The position numbers were made by a program, and so were the translations under genes. The notes beneath the pieces are model-generated. The model saw nothing but the letters and a program-made list of their open reading frames with translations, was not told the DNA's origin and ran no database searches. DNA of 64,000 nt from Octopus vulgaris (Eukaryota). The stretch lies in the NCBI GenBank assembly GCA_951406725.2, contig OX597825.1, positions 31,000,001 to 31,064,000 on the forward strand, given 5' to 3'. Shown piece by piece: positions 25,301-40,072 of this stretch (position 1 is the first letter of the stretch; every line of letters begins with the position of its first letter).

Positions 25301-25516
25301 AATAATTGAGATTCAGTTGAATTAGGTACTTAAGTTGAAGCACCAAGTCAATCCGGTATTATCCGCACAGTTTGAAGTAAGGTGCATAAAATCAAAATAA
25401 GCAACAGAATATCAAGAGGTGATGCAGTACAACCGTTTCAAGTGGCTCCATTCAATGGAGCCACTTGAAACGGTCATACTGCACCATGTGTTGATATTCT
25501 GTTGCTTATTTTGATT
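25297..25516. mobile_element. Fold-back PLE-type end (63-bp arms 25390-25452 / 25454-25516)
   Basis: 57/63 complementary; right arm has GAAA CGGTCA TA and ends in TTGCTTATTTTGATT, shared with about 40175 and 52610. Confidence 0.75.
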
Positions 25517-25521
25517 ATATA

Positions 25522-25956
25522 GGCATAGGAATGGCTGTGTGGTAAGTAGCTTGCTTACGAACTGCATGGTTCTGGGTTCAGTCCCACTGCATGGCACCTT
25601 GGGCAAGTGTCCTCTATTATAGCCTCAGGTGACCAAAGTCTTGTGAGTGGATTTGGTAGACAGAAACTGAAAGAAGCCCGTCGTATATATGTATACATAT
25701 ATATATATACATATATATATATGTGTGTGTGTGTGTATGTGTGTGTATGTTTGTGTATCTGTGTTTGTCCCTCCCCCCCAACATCACTTGTCAACTGATG
25801 CTGGTGTGTTTACGTCCCCGTAGCTTAGTGGTTTGGCAAAAGAGAGTGATAGATTAAGCACTAGGCTTACAAAGAATAAGTCCTGGAGTTGATTTGCTCG
25901 ACTAAAGGCAGTGCTACAGCATGGTCACAGTCAAATGACTGAAACAAGTAAAAGAG
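25522..25956 (+). mobile_element. SINE family A, full length
   Basis: Colinear with other copies. Confidence 0.92.
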
Positions 25957-26010
25957 CATATATATATACACACACACACACATATATATACATATATATG
26001 TATATATATG

Positions 26011-26097
<87 letters not shown>

Positions 26098-26125
26098 GTA
26101 TATATATATATATGTATTATATATG

Positions 26126-26473
26126 AAGGGAACCTGTGGAAGGGAGTAGACTCAAGGAGATGTGGGACAAAGTGGTGAGAAAGGATTTTCAGATGCTGGG
26201 ACTCACTAAGGAGATGATAAGTTACCAGGACTTGTGGAAATTTGCTGTACTTGAGAAGACATGTCAATCTAAGTAAAATCATAGTCATCCATACATAGAG
26301 GCTTGTTCTTTATGGCCATGCGCCCCCCCCCATACACACACGCACACACATTCTGTAAAGTGGCCTATCCAACCATAGAAACCATGCCAAAATCAAACAA
26401 CTGGAGTCTGGAGAGCTCTTGTCAAACCACGTAACCCATGCCAATATGGAAAATGGGTGATAATGATGATGAC
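26126..26473 (+). mobile_element. RTE LINE 3' end
   Basis: [29 protein letters not shown], then 3' UTR and (GAT)n. Confidence 0.8.
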
Positions 26474-26475
26474 TA

Positions 26476-26511
<36 letters not shown>

Positions 26512-26848
26512 TGTGTGTGTGTATGCATATGTATATAGAGTAGTGCTTTGACTCTGATCACCTGAGGATGCGCATGTGTACAAATATTGTCGAATGATAT
26601 TAATACAATATTGTGCATAATACATGTAGCATTCAGTAATCAACAGCTGTTAATAATATATTGAAACAATTGTAGTGATTTGTAAAAAGCCTGTTCATTC
26701 CATCTTCTATTAAAATTCTTTGCTTATAATCTCTGGATCTTTGTGGATTTCCACAAGTATATTCAGTAACAGGGGAAATCCTACTGTATAATGAGATTTA
26801 TAGCTGATACCTGGAAACAAGCTTTGGAAAGTACACTATAAGGTTATT

Positions 26849-27161
26849 TTTCTTATTCGCCCTTTTCAAGTCTAGCCAGGTTCATGGGCCCGGTTTCCCA
26901 GTTTCAGTGGCGTATGTGTTTTCCCCCAGCTGGACGGAATGCCAGTCCATCGCAGCGTTACTCAAGAAACAGGAAGAGAGAGTGAGAAAAAGTTGTGTCG
27001 TAAGAGTACAACAGGGATCACCACCACTCCCTGCCAGAGCCTCATGGAGCTTTTCGGTGTTTTCGCTCAATAAACACACACAACGCCCAGTCTGGGAATA
27101 GAAACCACGATTGTCTGACCGTGAGTCTGCTGCCCTAACCACTCAGCCATTGTGCCTCCAC
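26849..27161 (-). mobile_element. SINE family C with tail type 2 (V-domain-like)
   Basis: Family C head; CTGCGATGGACTGGC..CGTCCAG; TSD ATAAGGTTATT at 26838-26848 and 27162-27172. Confidence 0.9.
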
Positions 27162-28132
27162 ATAAGGTTATTACCTAGATTATATTGAAATTATGTATAT
27201 ATAAACCTTTCCATGTCATACAGCACATCAGTCCCTCAATGCTAACCATGTTCAATAGTTTCTCTGACACTTTTTATAGCACACTGAGCATGGAATTGCT
27301 ATCTCCTATGTCAGTTCTCTTCCCATTATAGGAGTAACAACGGGCACTAAGAGTGACCTCTATCTATACCCATCCTATGATCTTCTCACATAACACTATA
27401 ATGAATTTTGAGAGAGACAGAATAAAAGAAAGAGAGTGAGAGACAGACAGACAGGCAGACATTCTGTACTGACCCCGGGATCAAAACTGACTTGAATGGT
27501 ACTTGAACTCAGATGGCAGTGAGAGTGAACCAAAACAAATACCAATGGTTTAATGAATCTGCAAATTCACCACCTAAAGTGCAAGTAAGACACTGAAATT
27601 TTCCAGAACTACCAAATACATAGAATCTCTGTAGGAAGCTTCTGTTATACAATCCCCCTTTCTTCCTTTCATTCTTTCTTTCTGTCTTCTCTATTTTTCT
27701 GTTTCAATATTTACTATGTTTGTTTCTCTCTCTCTATCTCTCTCTCTTCCTCTCCCCCTCTCTTTATATATACACATATATATATGTATATATATATATA
27801 TCAATATTTTCTTTTCCTTTTCTCTTTCCCTGTCTCTCGATTTCTATCTTTACCTTTATTCCTAATCTCAGTTACCATCTCTGGTGTCTTATTTTATATT
27901 AAAATTGATTTCAGATATTCAGAGATAGCTTATTCCACTATCAAGGGGGAGGGGGTGGAGCACAGCAGAAAGGGACATGGGGAGGGTTTCGGAAGATGAG
28001 CAGCAGCAGTGTGAGTGGGATATAGAATAGGAGATGAGGGGCAGAGGACAATAGAAGAAAAAATCATAGAAAAACAATCTACAAAATGAAGGACTATTTT
28101 AAATACATATATGTATATTGTGTACGTGTGTG

Positions 28133-28291
<159 letters not shown>

Positions 28292-28528
28292 GTATATATA
28301 TATACATATATATATTCTTATATATATGTGCATATTTGTGAGTGAGTGTGTTTGCGTTTAGCACACACATATATATATGGATGTAGCATATATATATATA
28401 ATGGAATTGTTGCATTTGAACACGTTAATGTAGATTTGCAGGATAATAGGTGATTAGGGCAGGGACGGCATTGTCATGATGATCGCAAAGATAACAATGA
28501 GCAACACTGGTGATAATGACTTTCATAG

Positions 28529-28563
<35 letters not shown>

Positions 28564-29051
28564 CTGATGATGATGATGACAGCTGTGAAGACCATGGTGG
28601 TGGTGGTGGTTGTGATGGTGATAATGCTAAAAATGATGGTGATGGTCATTTTCATGATGGTCATGGAAATGATGAAATGATGCAAAAACGATGTCGATGA
28701 TAATTATGTTAATGATCACAATGATGATCATTATGATAAAAGTTCTAATCCAAGCTAACAACCACAATAATAACAACAACAATGATGATGATGATGATGA
28801 GAGAAGGTGAATCAATCCTCCCCCAACACCCCGAAAAATAGATTTTAGACAGAAAAAAAAACTCCATAAATTTACCAATGAGATTAGAAAGAAAAATATG
28901 TATACAACATACGCATACATATGGATCTATATACATATATATATATATGAATATATGTGTGTATACCTATATACATTTGTGTGTGTGTGTGTGTGAGTGT
29001 ATATATATATATGTAAACATGTATATATATGCATGTGTGTCTGTGTGCATA

Positions 29052-29095
<44 letters not shown>

Positions 29096-29108
29096 TATGC
29101 ACACAGAA

Positions 29109-29150
<42 letters not shown>

Positions 29151-29172
29151 CAAGGTTTGGAGATGATGTACT

Positions 29173-29769
<597 letters not shown>

Positions 29770-29819
29770 CACATGCATACATATGCATATTTATGTATGC
29801 ATGTATATATAGCTATATA

Positions 29820-30330
29820 TCATCATCATCATCATCATCATCATTGTCGTTTAATGTCTGTTTTCCATGTTGGCATGGGTTGAATGGTTTGACTGAGGGC
29901 TTGCAAACCAGAAGGTTGCACCAGCCTCCAATCAGGTCTGGCAAAGTTTCTACAGCTGGAAGCCTTTCCAAATAACAACCACTATGAGAGTGTAGTGAAT
30001 GCTTTTTACATGCTACTAGCACGAGGGCCAGTCAGGTGGTACTGGCATCGACCATGCCCGAATGGTGCTTTTTACGTGCCAATGATGCAGTACTGCCATG
30101 ACAATGACTTCAATTGACTCAATAGGTCTTTGCAAGTGCAGTTTATTGCCCAATGATTGAAGGGTACTCTTAAATGGGCCGGTTATGCTGCACTGGCATA
30201 GGCCACGGTTATGGTGTCCCTAGGCTTGCTGGGTCTTCTCAAGCACAGCATATCTCCAAAGGTCTCAGTCTCTTGTCATCGCCTCCGTGAGACCCAACAT
30301 TTGAAGGTCGTTTTTCACCACCCCATCCCA
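29820..30330 (-). mobile_element. RTE LINE 3' end (C-terminus plus full 3' UTR)
   Basis: Minus strand WDGVVKNDLQMLGLTEAMTRD*DLWRYAVLEKT, then UTR and (GAT)n. Confidence 0.88.
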
Positions 30331-30524
30331 AGAAGAGTTGCATGAGATTCCAAACTCATCTGGAAGTTGTTGTTGAAGCCAACAGCGATTTTATTGAATA
30401 AATTTACTCTTTAGAATTTCAAAATATTTTCATGTAATTTTGGTAAATATATCTGTTAAAATGAGATGTCAGTGTTATTTTCATTTTTGCATAATTTAGA
30501 TGACAAGTTATTCACAGTACCCTA
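30331..30524 (+). mobile_element. Mariner (DD37D-like) 3' end
   Basis: KSCMRFQTHLEVVVEANSDFIE*, ending at ..ACCCTATA. Confidence 0.7.
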
Positions 30525-30533
30525 TATGTATGT

Positions 30534-30574
<41 letters not shown>

Positions 30575-30687
30575 AGAGAAGGTAATAATAATAATATTGT
30601 GTTGCCACAAGTTGTAGTGGTTTTTGGCAAGTCTAGGGCATTTGCTTATTATTATTATTACTATTATTACTATTATTAATTATATGT

Positions 30688-30897
30688 TGAGCTGGCAGAA
30701 TCATTACTGCACCAGGCAAAATGTTTAGTGGAACTTCATCTGTTTTTACATTATAAGTTCAAATTCCACCAAGGTCCACTTTGCATTTTGTCTTTTGGGG
30801 GTGTCAATGAAATAAGTACCAGTTATGTACTGGGATCGATATACTCAACTACCCCACACCCCAAAATTTCAGGCCTTGTGCCTTTAGTTGACAGGAT
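30688..30897 (+). mobile_element. SINE family B
   Basis: GAGCTGGCAGAATC..AGTTCAAATTCC..AAATTTCAGGCCTTGTGCCT, then (ATT)n tail. Confidence 0.8.
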
Positions 30898-30932
30898 TAC
30901 TATTACCATTATTATCATTATTATTATTATTA

Positions 30933-30966
<34 letters not shown>

Positions 30967-30995
30967 CATTATTAATACTATTATCATTATTATCA

Positions 30996-31026
<31 letters not shown>

Positions 31027-32147
31027 TATTATTATTATTCATGACTGTTGAGTCTGATTTTTCTGTAGTGTCTTCGAGTGTTTTTGTTGTCCCCTTTGCT
31101 ATTTGTTTGTCTTTGTTCTGGTTGTTTACATTGATATCTTGGCTCACTGTTGTTATGTCTTTTGTTTATGTTGTGACTTTATGAAGGCATTCTTCTTATT
31201 GTCATATCTTATATTGTTTGTTTTGGTGTTCTTTTCCTTTCTTAAGTAGTTGTTATGATTATGCTGTTATTGTTATCACTGTCTCAGCTCAGCTCAAGTG
31301 TAACTGAACGCGTCAGAATGTTATTGTAAGCACAATTATCTAACTTATTTTCTATTAATTACACCACAAATTCCCATCATCGACACCAACATAAAAGGTG
31401 GCATTTTGATTAAGTAATTAATTAACATCAATTAGTGGAAATTTTTTTGCACGCGCGTGTGTGTGTGTGTACATGTGTATGTCTTTTACTTTTTTCTTTT
31501 TTTTTTTTGTTTTGGTTGTGGATAGAGGAGGAAGTTGTGCTGCTTCAGAATTTTCATTTAATCAAAATTGAAAGAACAAATAAATAAATAATTAAAAATA
31601 AAAAAGAAAGATAGAAAAAAAAATTTGGGAGGAGAGAAAAATAATGGAAGTAAAAAAATGTACTTCCTATTGGTTTTGAGTTTGCTAATTGCAAAGTTGT
31701 CTAGTAACACCACCATGGGAGTAAATTGTCATAAATTTTTTATTTCATGGTTTTAAATGGTTTAGTCTAAGGTGCAATTATTATAAATCTGGTGCCTGAC
31801 CTTATTACAGAGCTACGAAATGGTTGAGTCTGAGAAAGATACAGGTTAAGAAAAATATTGTGGATGCATTCAAGAAGTTAAATCATGTTACAGGTAGCTC
31901 TATGCAATGATGATTGCACGAAGGGATTGATTTTACTCTGAATGGCCCATTCTTCTTAGCCATAGGTAGGTACCGCTACATGTGACATATGATATAGGCT
32001 CATTACTGTAAACAGTTACAGCACTATGGAAATGACTGATTTCTCCCTTTTTTCCTTTCTATTCTTATTAGAAAACACATACAGTGATACATGTATACAA
32101 CATACACGCACATACATACGTACATATGTACATACATGCATACATAC

Positions 32148-32185
<38 letters not shown>

Positions 32186-32188
<3 letters not shown>

Positions 32189-32487
32189 GAGGCGCAATGG
32201 CCCAATGGTTAGGGCAGCGGACTCGCGGTCATAGGATTGTGCTTTCGATTCCCAGACCGGGCGTTTATTGAGCGAAAACACCCAAAGCTCCACGAGGCTC
32301 CGGCAGGGGGTTGGTGGCGATCCCTGCTGTATTCTTTCGCCACAACTTTCTCTCACTCTTTCTTCTTCTTGGCCTGCTCGCTTAGCCAGCGGGGTGGCAT
32401 CGTTTGAAGGCTAAAACAATGTGAAGCACATTGTGACCAGCAATGTGTAACAACATCTGATAGCCTGGTCGATCACGGTGACGGTGA
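32186..32487 (+). mobile_element. SINE family C with tail type 3
   Basis: Family C head and body plus GGCCTGCTCGCTTAGCCAGC..CACGGTGACGGTGA. Confidence 0.9.
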
Positions 32488-34271
32488 TATATATATATAA
32501 ATACAGTGTATGTTTAAACACATAAGAGGTAGCCATCATAGGATTCCTCACACGCTAGAAAGGACAGTTAAATTCTGAACCACTATTAGGGATAAAGTTT
32601 TGAAGGTAATGATAAATAAAAACATTTACCATCCAAGTCCTAGACCAATGGTGTCTTTTGGGGGTGAATGAAATAAGTACCAGTTATGTACTGGATTGAT
32701 ATATTCAACTACCCAACACCCCAAAATTTCAGGCCTTGTGTCTTTAGTTGACAGGATTACTATTACCATTAGAGGAATTTTGACAGAGGACAGATTGTGT
32801 ATGTGTGTGAGAGAGAGAGAGACAGGGGTCGGGTATGTATAGATGGCCATGATTTTACTTAGCTTTGACATACATATATGAATATACTCACATATACAGT
32901 TTCAATGTTTTTATTACAGATTTTTCATATTCACTTATATTCCTGTATATAAGCAAGGATGTTCCCAAGTCTATAATTGTTTAAAGGCAGATTCTCAGTC
33001 TCATCATCTAAAAGATAGCAGTATTTCTGTGTTGTTTGTGCACTTTGCAAAGGATCATGAAAATACTGTTATAACTGATAGCATCATCAAAGCTACATCG
33101 ATAAATTATTCACTGATTACTTCCTGTTAAAATTGTGTTGACTTTTGGTTTAAATTTTGCTATTAATAAAGCTTCTATAGTCTTCACATTTTTCTTTGAG
33201 GAATTCTATTGAGTTGTTAAATAAATTCAATTCTCTCTCTCTCTCTCTCTCTCGTTTTTTGTTTTTCTTTTCACTTAATTTAATCCTTTCCAATGTTATC
33301 TGAGTTAACATGAAAAATATTTTATCATAGTCTTTTATGGGGTTTTTGTAGCTTTATTGTTTCTCTACAACTTATGCTTATAGTTTCTAAAATTTGAATA
33401 AATGTTACCTCTTTTCAGATATACAACAATGGGGCGTCAAAAAGACAAAAAATATGAATAAATTTAGCTGACAACCCAATGTATAAGGTAAAAGTGTTGT
33501 CAACTAATGTTTTCTTCTAGTTTCATTATTTGATATTTTTTATGATGGTATGTTAACTGACTCTTTATTGTAAATGCATAGTCAAGCAATGAGAATGTGT
33601 TGCTAGTGTGCATCTGGGTTTTCCTCTTTCTTTCTAGGTTCCTTTCTTTTTTCTCTTGCTATTTCTCTTATAAACACAATAACAATGAGCTTAGTGTATA
33701 CAGTGCTCCAGTGCACAACAATTCATCAGAAAAAATTAAAAAACAAGAAAATGGCAATTAAGTCAGGTAAAGAAAGACAATAATGAAAGCCAAAAGTGCA
33801 AGCATAGCACACTTGATAAACTGCAGAAAGACACCAAATGTGACAATTGTATGCAACCAAACTTTTGTTTGTTATACAATACCATACACTCTGACTGACT
33901 GTACATATATTTGTTCAACCATACATTTTTTTGGTATGCTGTACCCTCTTTTAACACGCATACTTTTCCTTAATTAGCAAGTTCCATGTTCACTTATTGC
34001 CTTTTCTTCGTGAAATTAGCTTACGGTATGTGATAATGACTAATTCTAGAGAAATATGAAACTTGATTATTTACTGGAACTTTCAGAAATCAACAGGTTA
34101 TCACCTTGCAATTGTGTAAGCAAAAGTGGAATAACATGAATACAAATCATGTTTGTGCTATTGACACGTTGGAGACAGTTTTATATAAATGCGTTGAATA
34201 AGAATATTTTGAGATTACACCCACACACACACACACACATAGATAGACAGACAGATGGAGAGACAGCTAGC

Positions 34272-34289
34272 TAGATAGATAGATTGATT

Positions 34290-34334
<45 letters not shown>

Positions 34335-34416
34335 GATGGATGGATGGATGGATGGATGGATGGATGGATGGATGGATGGATGGATGGATGGATGGATGGA
34401 TCTATCTATCTATCTA
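34272..34416. repeat. (GATA)n(GGAT)n(TCTA)n compound tetranucleotide repeat
   Basis: Direct reading. Confidence 0.95.
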
Positions 34417-34916
34417 TACACAAATAAACACACATATGTAAATCAGGTTCATAATGGAATTTTGCTTCAAAATTTCAGGCCTTGTGCCTAAAGTAGAAAG
34501 GATTATTATTATCATTAAATAGTTTAATACAAATTTCTCCTGCATCACTAGGTACAGCTCCATGATCCTGAGGCATGTGCTACACTGTGTTTTCGTTTTC
34601 GTAGGTGTTGGGGGAGTATACTTATTCTTTAAATAACAATAACAAAAGACTGCTTCATTTGTGGCTGTCCAGTACTTGCAAAGATGCAGTATATCCAAAG
34701 GCATGACCAGAATGGTAGTTAAATATGCAATGGGCAATATTCCAACACTTTCACACATCAAAACAGAAAATAAGTGATTATAAACACACATCAAATTTGT
34801 TATATGACAATATCAGAGAATGAAGGTAATCTGAGATGCAGCACCTTTCTCCTCTTTACAATTACACACTGTCTCTATCTTATCTTCACTCTCAAATACT
34901 CTGATGCATAAACGCA

Positions 34917-34962
<46 letters not shown>

Positions 34963-35219
34963 TATATATATACACACATATATACAGAAACATGTATAAT
35001 CCAACTACCTCTCTCCTCTCTCTGTTTTATATACTTCCACCTGCTCCAAGACTCTTTCATTTTCTCACTCATTCTTCTTTGTTCTTTTCCCATTATTTCT
35101 TTCCTTTCCTTCTATTTCTTACCCCTGCACTTCTATTTTGCCTCCTGATTCCTTCAAACACACACAGACACACACTCTCTCTCTTTCTTTCTCTCTCTTT
35201 CACTCATTCTCTCTCCCCC

Positions 35220-35258
<39 letters not shown>

Positions 35259-35379
35259 CACACCACCTCTACAACCATCCCTGTATTTTATTCTCTTTCA
35301 ATAATCTCTACCCTTCAGTCTCTCTCTTCCACCCATTTTTTTCATTTCTTCCCTCAGATGATTTTCTTCCTTCTTCCTT

Positions 35380-35427
<48 letters not shown>

Positions 35428-36439
35428 TATATCTCTACAAGAGCCTATCTCGTTCCTCTCTCTATCTCTCTGTCTTGTCTCCCTCTCACTCTATCTCTCT
35501 ATCCAACTCATCTTTCTCATTCACTAAACTCTCTTTCTTAACTGTCTTCTCATCATTGCCTTCATTTCTCATTTGCTTCCATCCTCCTTCTCACTTTCTC
35601 TCTCTCTCTCTCTCTCTCTCCCATTCATTCAATTTTCCTTCCCCTTTCTCCTTCCTCCTCTCCAGTGTTGTTTGCTCTTGTTTCTCCCATACACCAATCC
35701 TTGGAAGCCACAATTCCATACCAAATTGACTGACAGCAGCCAAGGAAAAATGCCAAAGAGATGCTTTTATCATCATTAATTTTCCACAACCTTCCAGCTC
35801 CATGGAACTCACAGAGTTAATTACTTTACGAGAAAAGAAATTTCTATTTTTCTTTACTTCTTTTCTATTTATTTTCTTTTACATTTTTGTTATTTCTCTT
35901 CCTAAGTATGAAACTTTATGGCAACAAAAAAAAAACAATAAAAAATACAGATTCAAATCTAAATATTTTTCTATTCAATACAAATAAAATTGAAAAAGAA
36001 AAAAAAAACGAAAATCCAGACAAAAAAAATAATTCTCTTTCCAACAATAATTTCTATATTTTTTTATGTAATGTATTGATTGTATTTTTTCTTCTCCTTT
36101 TATATTCTTACTCATTCTAGAAAATAAAATCGTCTAGGATTTATTCAGTTTTCTTTCTACTTATTTTGTGGTTTTCTCTTTTTTTCTTTTTTTTACATAC
36201 TTTTACATTTCTACACATTTTTCAAGCTATCATAGGTGTGAATAATTTTTTCTTTATCTCCTCACCACCACCACCACCACCACTACTACTACAACTACCA
36301 CTACCTTTGTAAATCTGAATATTTGCATGTTGTTAAAACCTTCCCACAAACCAGGTATGTCAGGTCAGGTTATGACATAAGCAAAAAATAAAAAAAAACA
36401 TTCAATGTTTCAGACAGAGCTTATGATTACTGATGATCA

Positions 36440-36485
<46 letters not shown>

Positions 36486-36494
36486 GTAAGATAG

Positions 36495-36705
36495 AAAATC
36501 TAGCAGAATCATTAACACCTGGGACAAGATGCTTAGTAGCATTTCTTCCAAATCTTTACATTTTGACTTTCAATGCCACCAAGGTCAACCTGTCTTTCAT
36601 CCCTCTGGAGTTAATGAAATAGGTACCAGCTGAGTACAGGGGTCAGTGTAACCAACTTTCCCCACCCCCATCAAAATTCACTGGCATTTTGCCAAATTTA
36701 CAAAA
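36495..36705 (+). mobile_element. SINE family B, decayed
   Basis: GCAGAATCATTAACAC..CTTTCATCC..GTACCAG. Confidence 0.7.
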
Positions 36706-36756
36706 AATTTTCTTCTTCTTCTTCTTATTATTATTATTAATATTATTATTATTATT

Positions 36757-37291
36757 GAGTGAGAGAGCAGTTCATGCCATCAAAGTGACACTGGGGTAAA
36801 ATATACGAAGCCCAATATACCCATCATAACTACCCGACTGATAAAGGTACACCAGGCACATGCATCACAACCATATGTGCGCGACATGGTGATCTCATAT
36901 CAAGATAAACAGCACATGACCTTGCAGGTGGGGCCCAGTTAGAATTTTCTTCAGAGTAGCCCATTCCGCTCAAACGGTCCCTGAATAAGGGTTGTTTAAG
37001 GATGTTGAAAGAACCACCCATGTATCCAGAGGTGAACTATTCAAACCCCAAAGAATCCCTCTCAACACATGGCTATGATGCTCCCCCACTACTTCTGCTC
37101 GTGATCAGAGATGCACATATCGTCAGCCACTAAGGGACATGCTCAACTAGTTAAGGTCAAACAACTGACAAGCAAATCTGTGGTATTGAGCAGAATATTT
37201 GCTGTAGCCCATCTTTTATACCAAGACAAAACAATGTACATGATAACACTTCCAATCAGTTAAGATCAGCAGCCATGAGAGCCACTGCCTG
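36757..37291. mobile_element. Non-coding interspersed repeat embedded in (ATT)n
   Basis: Second colinear copy at 46437-46831; both flanked by ATT repeats. Confidence 0.85.
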
Positions 37292-37321
37292 ATTATTATT
37301 ATTATTATTATTACTACTACT

Positions 37322-37527
37322 AAGGCAACGAGTTGGCAAACTCATAAGCATGTCAGGTAAAATGCTTAGCAGTATTTCGTTTGTCTTTATGTTCTGAGTT
37401 CAAATTCTACTGAGGTTGACTTTGCCTTTCATCCTTTTGGGGTTGATAAAATAAGTACCAGTTGAGCACTGGTATTGACTAGCCCCATTCCCTGAACTTG
37501 CTGGCTTTGTGCACAAATTGGAAACCA
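37322..37527 (+). mobile_element. SINE family B
   Basis: GAGTTCAAATTC..GACTTTGCCTTTCATCCTTTTGGGGTTGATAAAATAAGTACCAG. Confidence 0.85.
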
Positions 37528-38431
37528 TCTATATATCAATACACTAAGGCTGAAAAAATTGTTATGTTGTCACATGATTAGTTGAAGGCAAAGGCAAAAA
37601 ATGAGAGAAAAAGGAGAGAGAAGTGTTAATGACATGAGGTAGGGAAAAGTAATAGTTATTACTTGGTTTAAAAGTTAGTTGAAAGGAGAGATATAGAGAG
37701 AGTTAGAAATACAATGTTTAGTTGAGGGGTGGTGTTCTGGTTGGGATATTAAAGAAAGACAGATAGAGATAGAAAGAGAGAGAATCATTTATATTGAGAG
37801 TGAAAAGAAAAGAAAGAGAGAGAGAGTAGTGGTACTCTCGCCAGCTGATGCATTATGTTGTCACATGGTTAGTAGAAGTGAGAGAAGAAAGAGAAAGAGA
37901 GAAATGATAACAATGTAAAGAGGGGATTGATATGGTTAAAAAGTTAGGAGGAAGTAAAAGGTAGAAAGAAAGAGAGAGAGAGAGACAGAAACTGTTAAGC
38001 AGAGGGGAATTTTAAACATCTTATAATATTGCAACTGACAAAAAAATAACATTTTAATATTCATTTTTTCGTATTTTCTATTTATCAATCTATTTCTCTG
38101 TCAATCCACATTGACAAATAACACATCAACGGGAGAATGGAAAAAGGAAGGCTTACAGTCGATATGATACTAAACTTATCATAGACAGGAGGATAAATTT
38201 TTTAATGAAAGTGAAGTGCCTTAGCAAAATAGCTGTGAATGTTATTATTTTCTTTTAAATTTGCTATTCGAACTTTGTATTAACCAAGGAAAGTAGATAT
38301 AAACAAAGAACTGAACTGAAATGAAATGAAATAATCTTGGGAAAAGAAACAACTTGGACTAAGCATTGATATTGAAAACTAAATTATGGTGGTGGTGGTG
38401 GTGGTGATGATGATGATTATGATGATGGTAC

Positions 38432-38615
38432 TGCGGGGTCAGAGCACAGCCGAAAACAAAGAGACCCTACAGTTCAAATGTTGAAAGTTATTCAGGACAT
38501 TGACCAAAGCATTATTCAAAGTCCAAAGAAGTCAACATGCAAATTGGAGCTGCAGTCTCATACAAGCAGGAGGTCATACCAATGGATGCTGAAATGTTTT
38601 AAGTTGAATCCACAT
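38432..38615 (+). pseudogene. Mariner transposase N-terminal (HTH) fragment
   Basis: IDQSIIQSPKKSTCKL..SRRSYQWMLKCFKLNP resembles the SPxxSxR..S..S..RIL..L.P motif. Confidence 0.5.
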
Positions 38616-39275
38616 CATTTTTAAATCTTAGTTTTTCAGTCAAAATTACACAATGACACTTGCAAACAAAAAGCTGGGTGCTTTTTCGTGTGTGTAAATT
38701 TATTTCTGTATTCACACTATGTTATGGAACCTAGGATACATTTTCATGTGCCACCTTGTATATATAACATAAGATAGCTTAGCTAGTCGAAACTTCAAAC
38801 TCAATGTCAATAATATTCTTGTTTAAGTATAAATTTGTACTCTAGAAAAGTACAGAGGAACCCCTCAGATCAATGTAAAATTCTTTTTATAATATCCTCA
38901 TCAAGATTATGATCAAGATCCCTTAACTGTTGCAGCCAGTCATTGGGGTGCCACTCTAGATCCTTTCATATAATCAGCTGTTATCACAGGTGTTTGTTTT
39001 ATCACATATGTAGCAAGGACTGGACAGGTCCTTGATGCTATCAAACCAGGATTGTCTCTGTCTGTCTTTCTTTCATCCTGAAGAATGGATTGAGACAGGG
39101 AGTTGTAGCAGTATACATGACCATACCAGGCAAGCTTCTGTTGTTTTACCTCTGCACAAGAAGTAATTCCTGTTTGTGAGTATATTTATTGACTTGCTGC
39201 CCGAGAAAGCTATTCATTTTGTACTTTGTGTATAGGATGCTTTTATTATAACTAACTATAAAAAAACAAACATTA

Positions 39276-39327
<52 letters not shown>

Positions 39328-39395
39328 AATAAAAATATATATAAGTGTGCATAATATATATTTATACATTATATCTATATATACATAATATACAT

Positions 39396-39431
<36 letters not shown>

Positions 39432-39933
39432 TTGTATGCATGTGTATCTTTTCATTTTTTGTTTTTTTGTTTACAACAACTGTATGGTTTGTCTTCCTCC
39501 ACTTGTAACAACATATGCTATATTTTACTTGGTTTTAAAACTTTATTTACATTTCAATTGCTGAGGAAATGATAGGTATTATTTTTTTAATATTTTTCAA
39601 GTATCTATTATGGAAACATATGTACAAGGGTTATCTAAATAAATACTTTTATTAATATAATATTTTATTATATATGTATATGTGTATGTAAGTGTTCATG
39701 TGTGTGTGTGTCCATGTGTATGTGCAGACGTGCGTGTTTGCAACCATGAATGCAAGCAAGTTTTTTTTCCCTCTCTCCATTTTTTTTCCTTTCTCCATCT
39801 GTCTTTTTTCATTCCGTTCTGTAGCAGAATGTAGGCTCAAAACATCAAAGACTCTTCCATTTTCCCTGATTGTCAAACTAATATATTCTGTTTGTTGTTC
39901 CCCCACACCTGTCAATGTCTTTTGAATCATATT

Positions 39934-40006
<73 letters not shown>

Positions 40007-40072
40007 TAAGTGTGCATAATATATATGCACACTTGATATGAAAATTATGTATTAATGGAAAACCTTTATTAA

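Noticed and set aside
37528-38060. Possible non-autonomous Helitron (A|TCTATATAT start, internal TTATGTTGTCACATG repeats)
   Set aside because: No 3' hairpin plus CTRR terminus found.
38920-38965. TVAASHWGATL resembling the DIRS RNase H motif DAS..WGA
   Set aside because: Catalytic Asp absent and no supporting flanking motifs.
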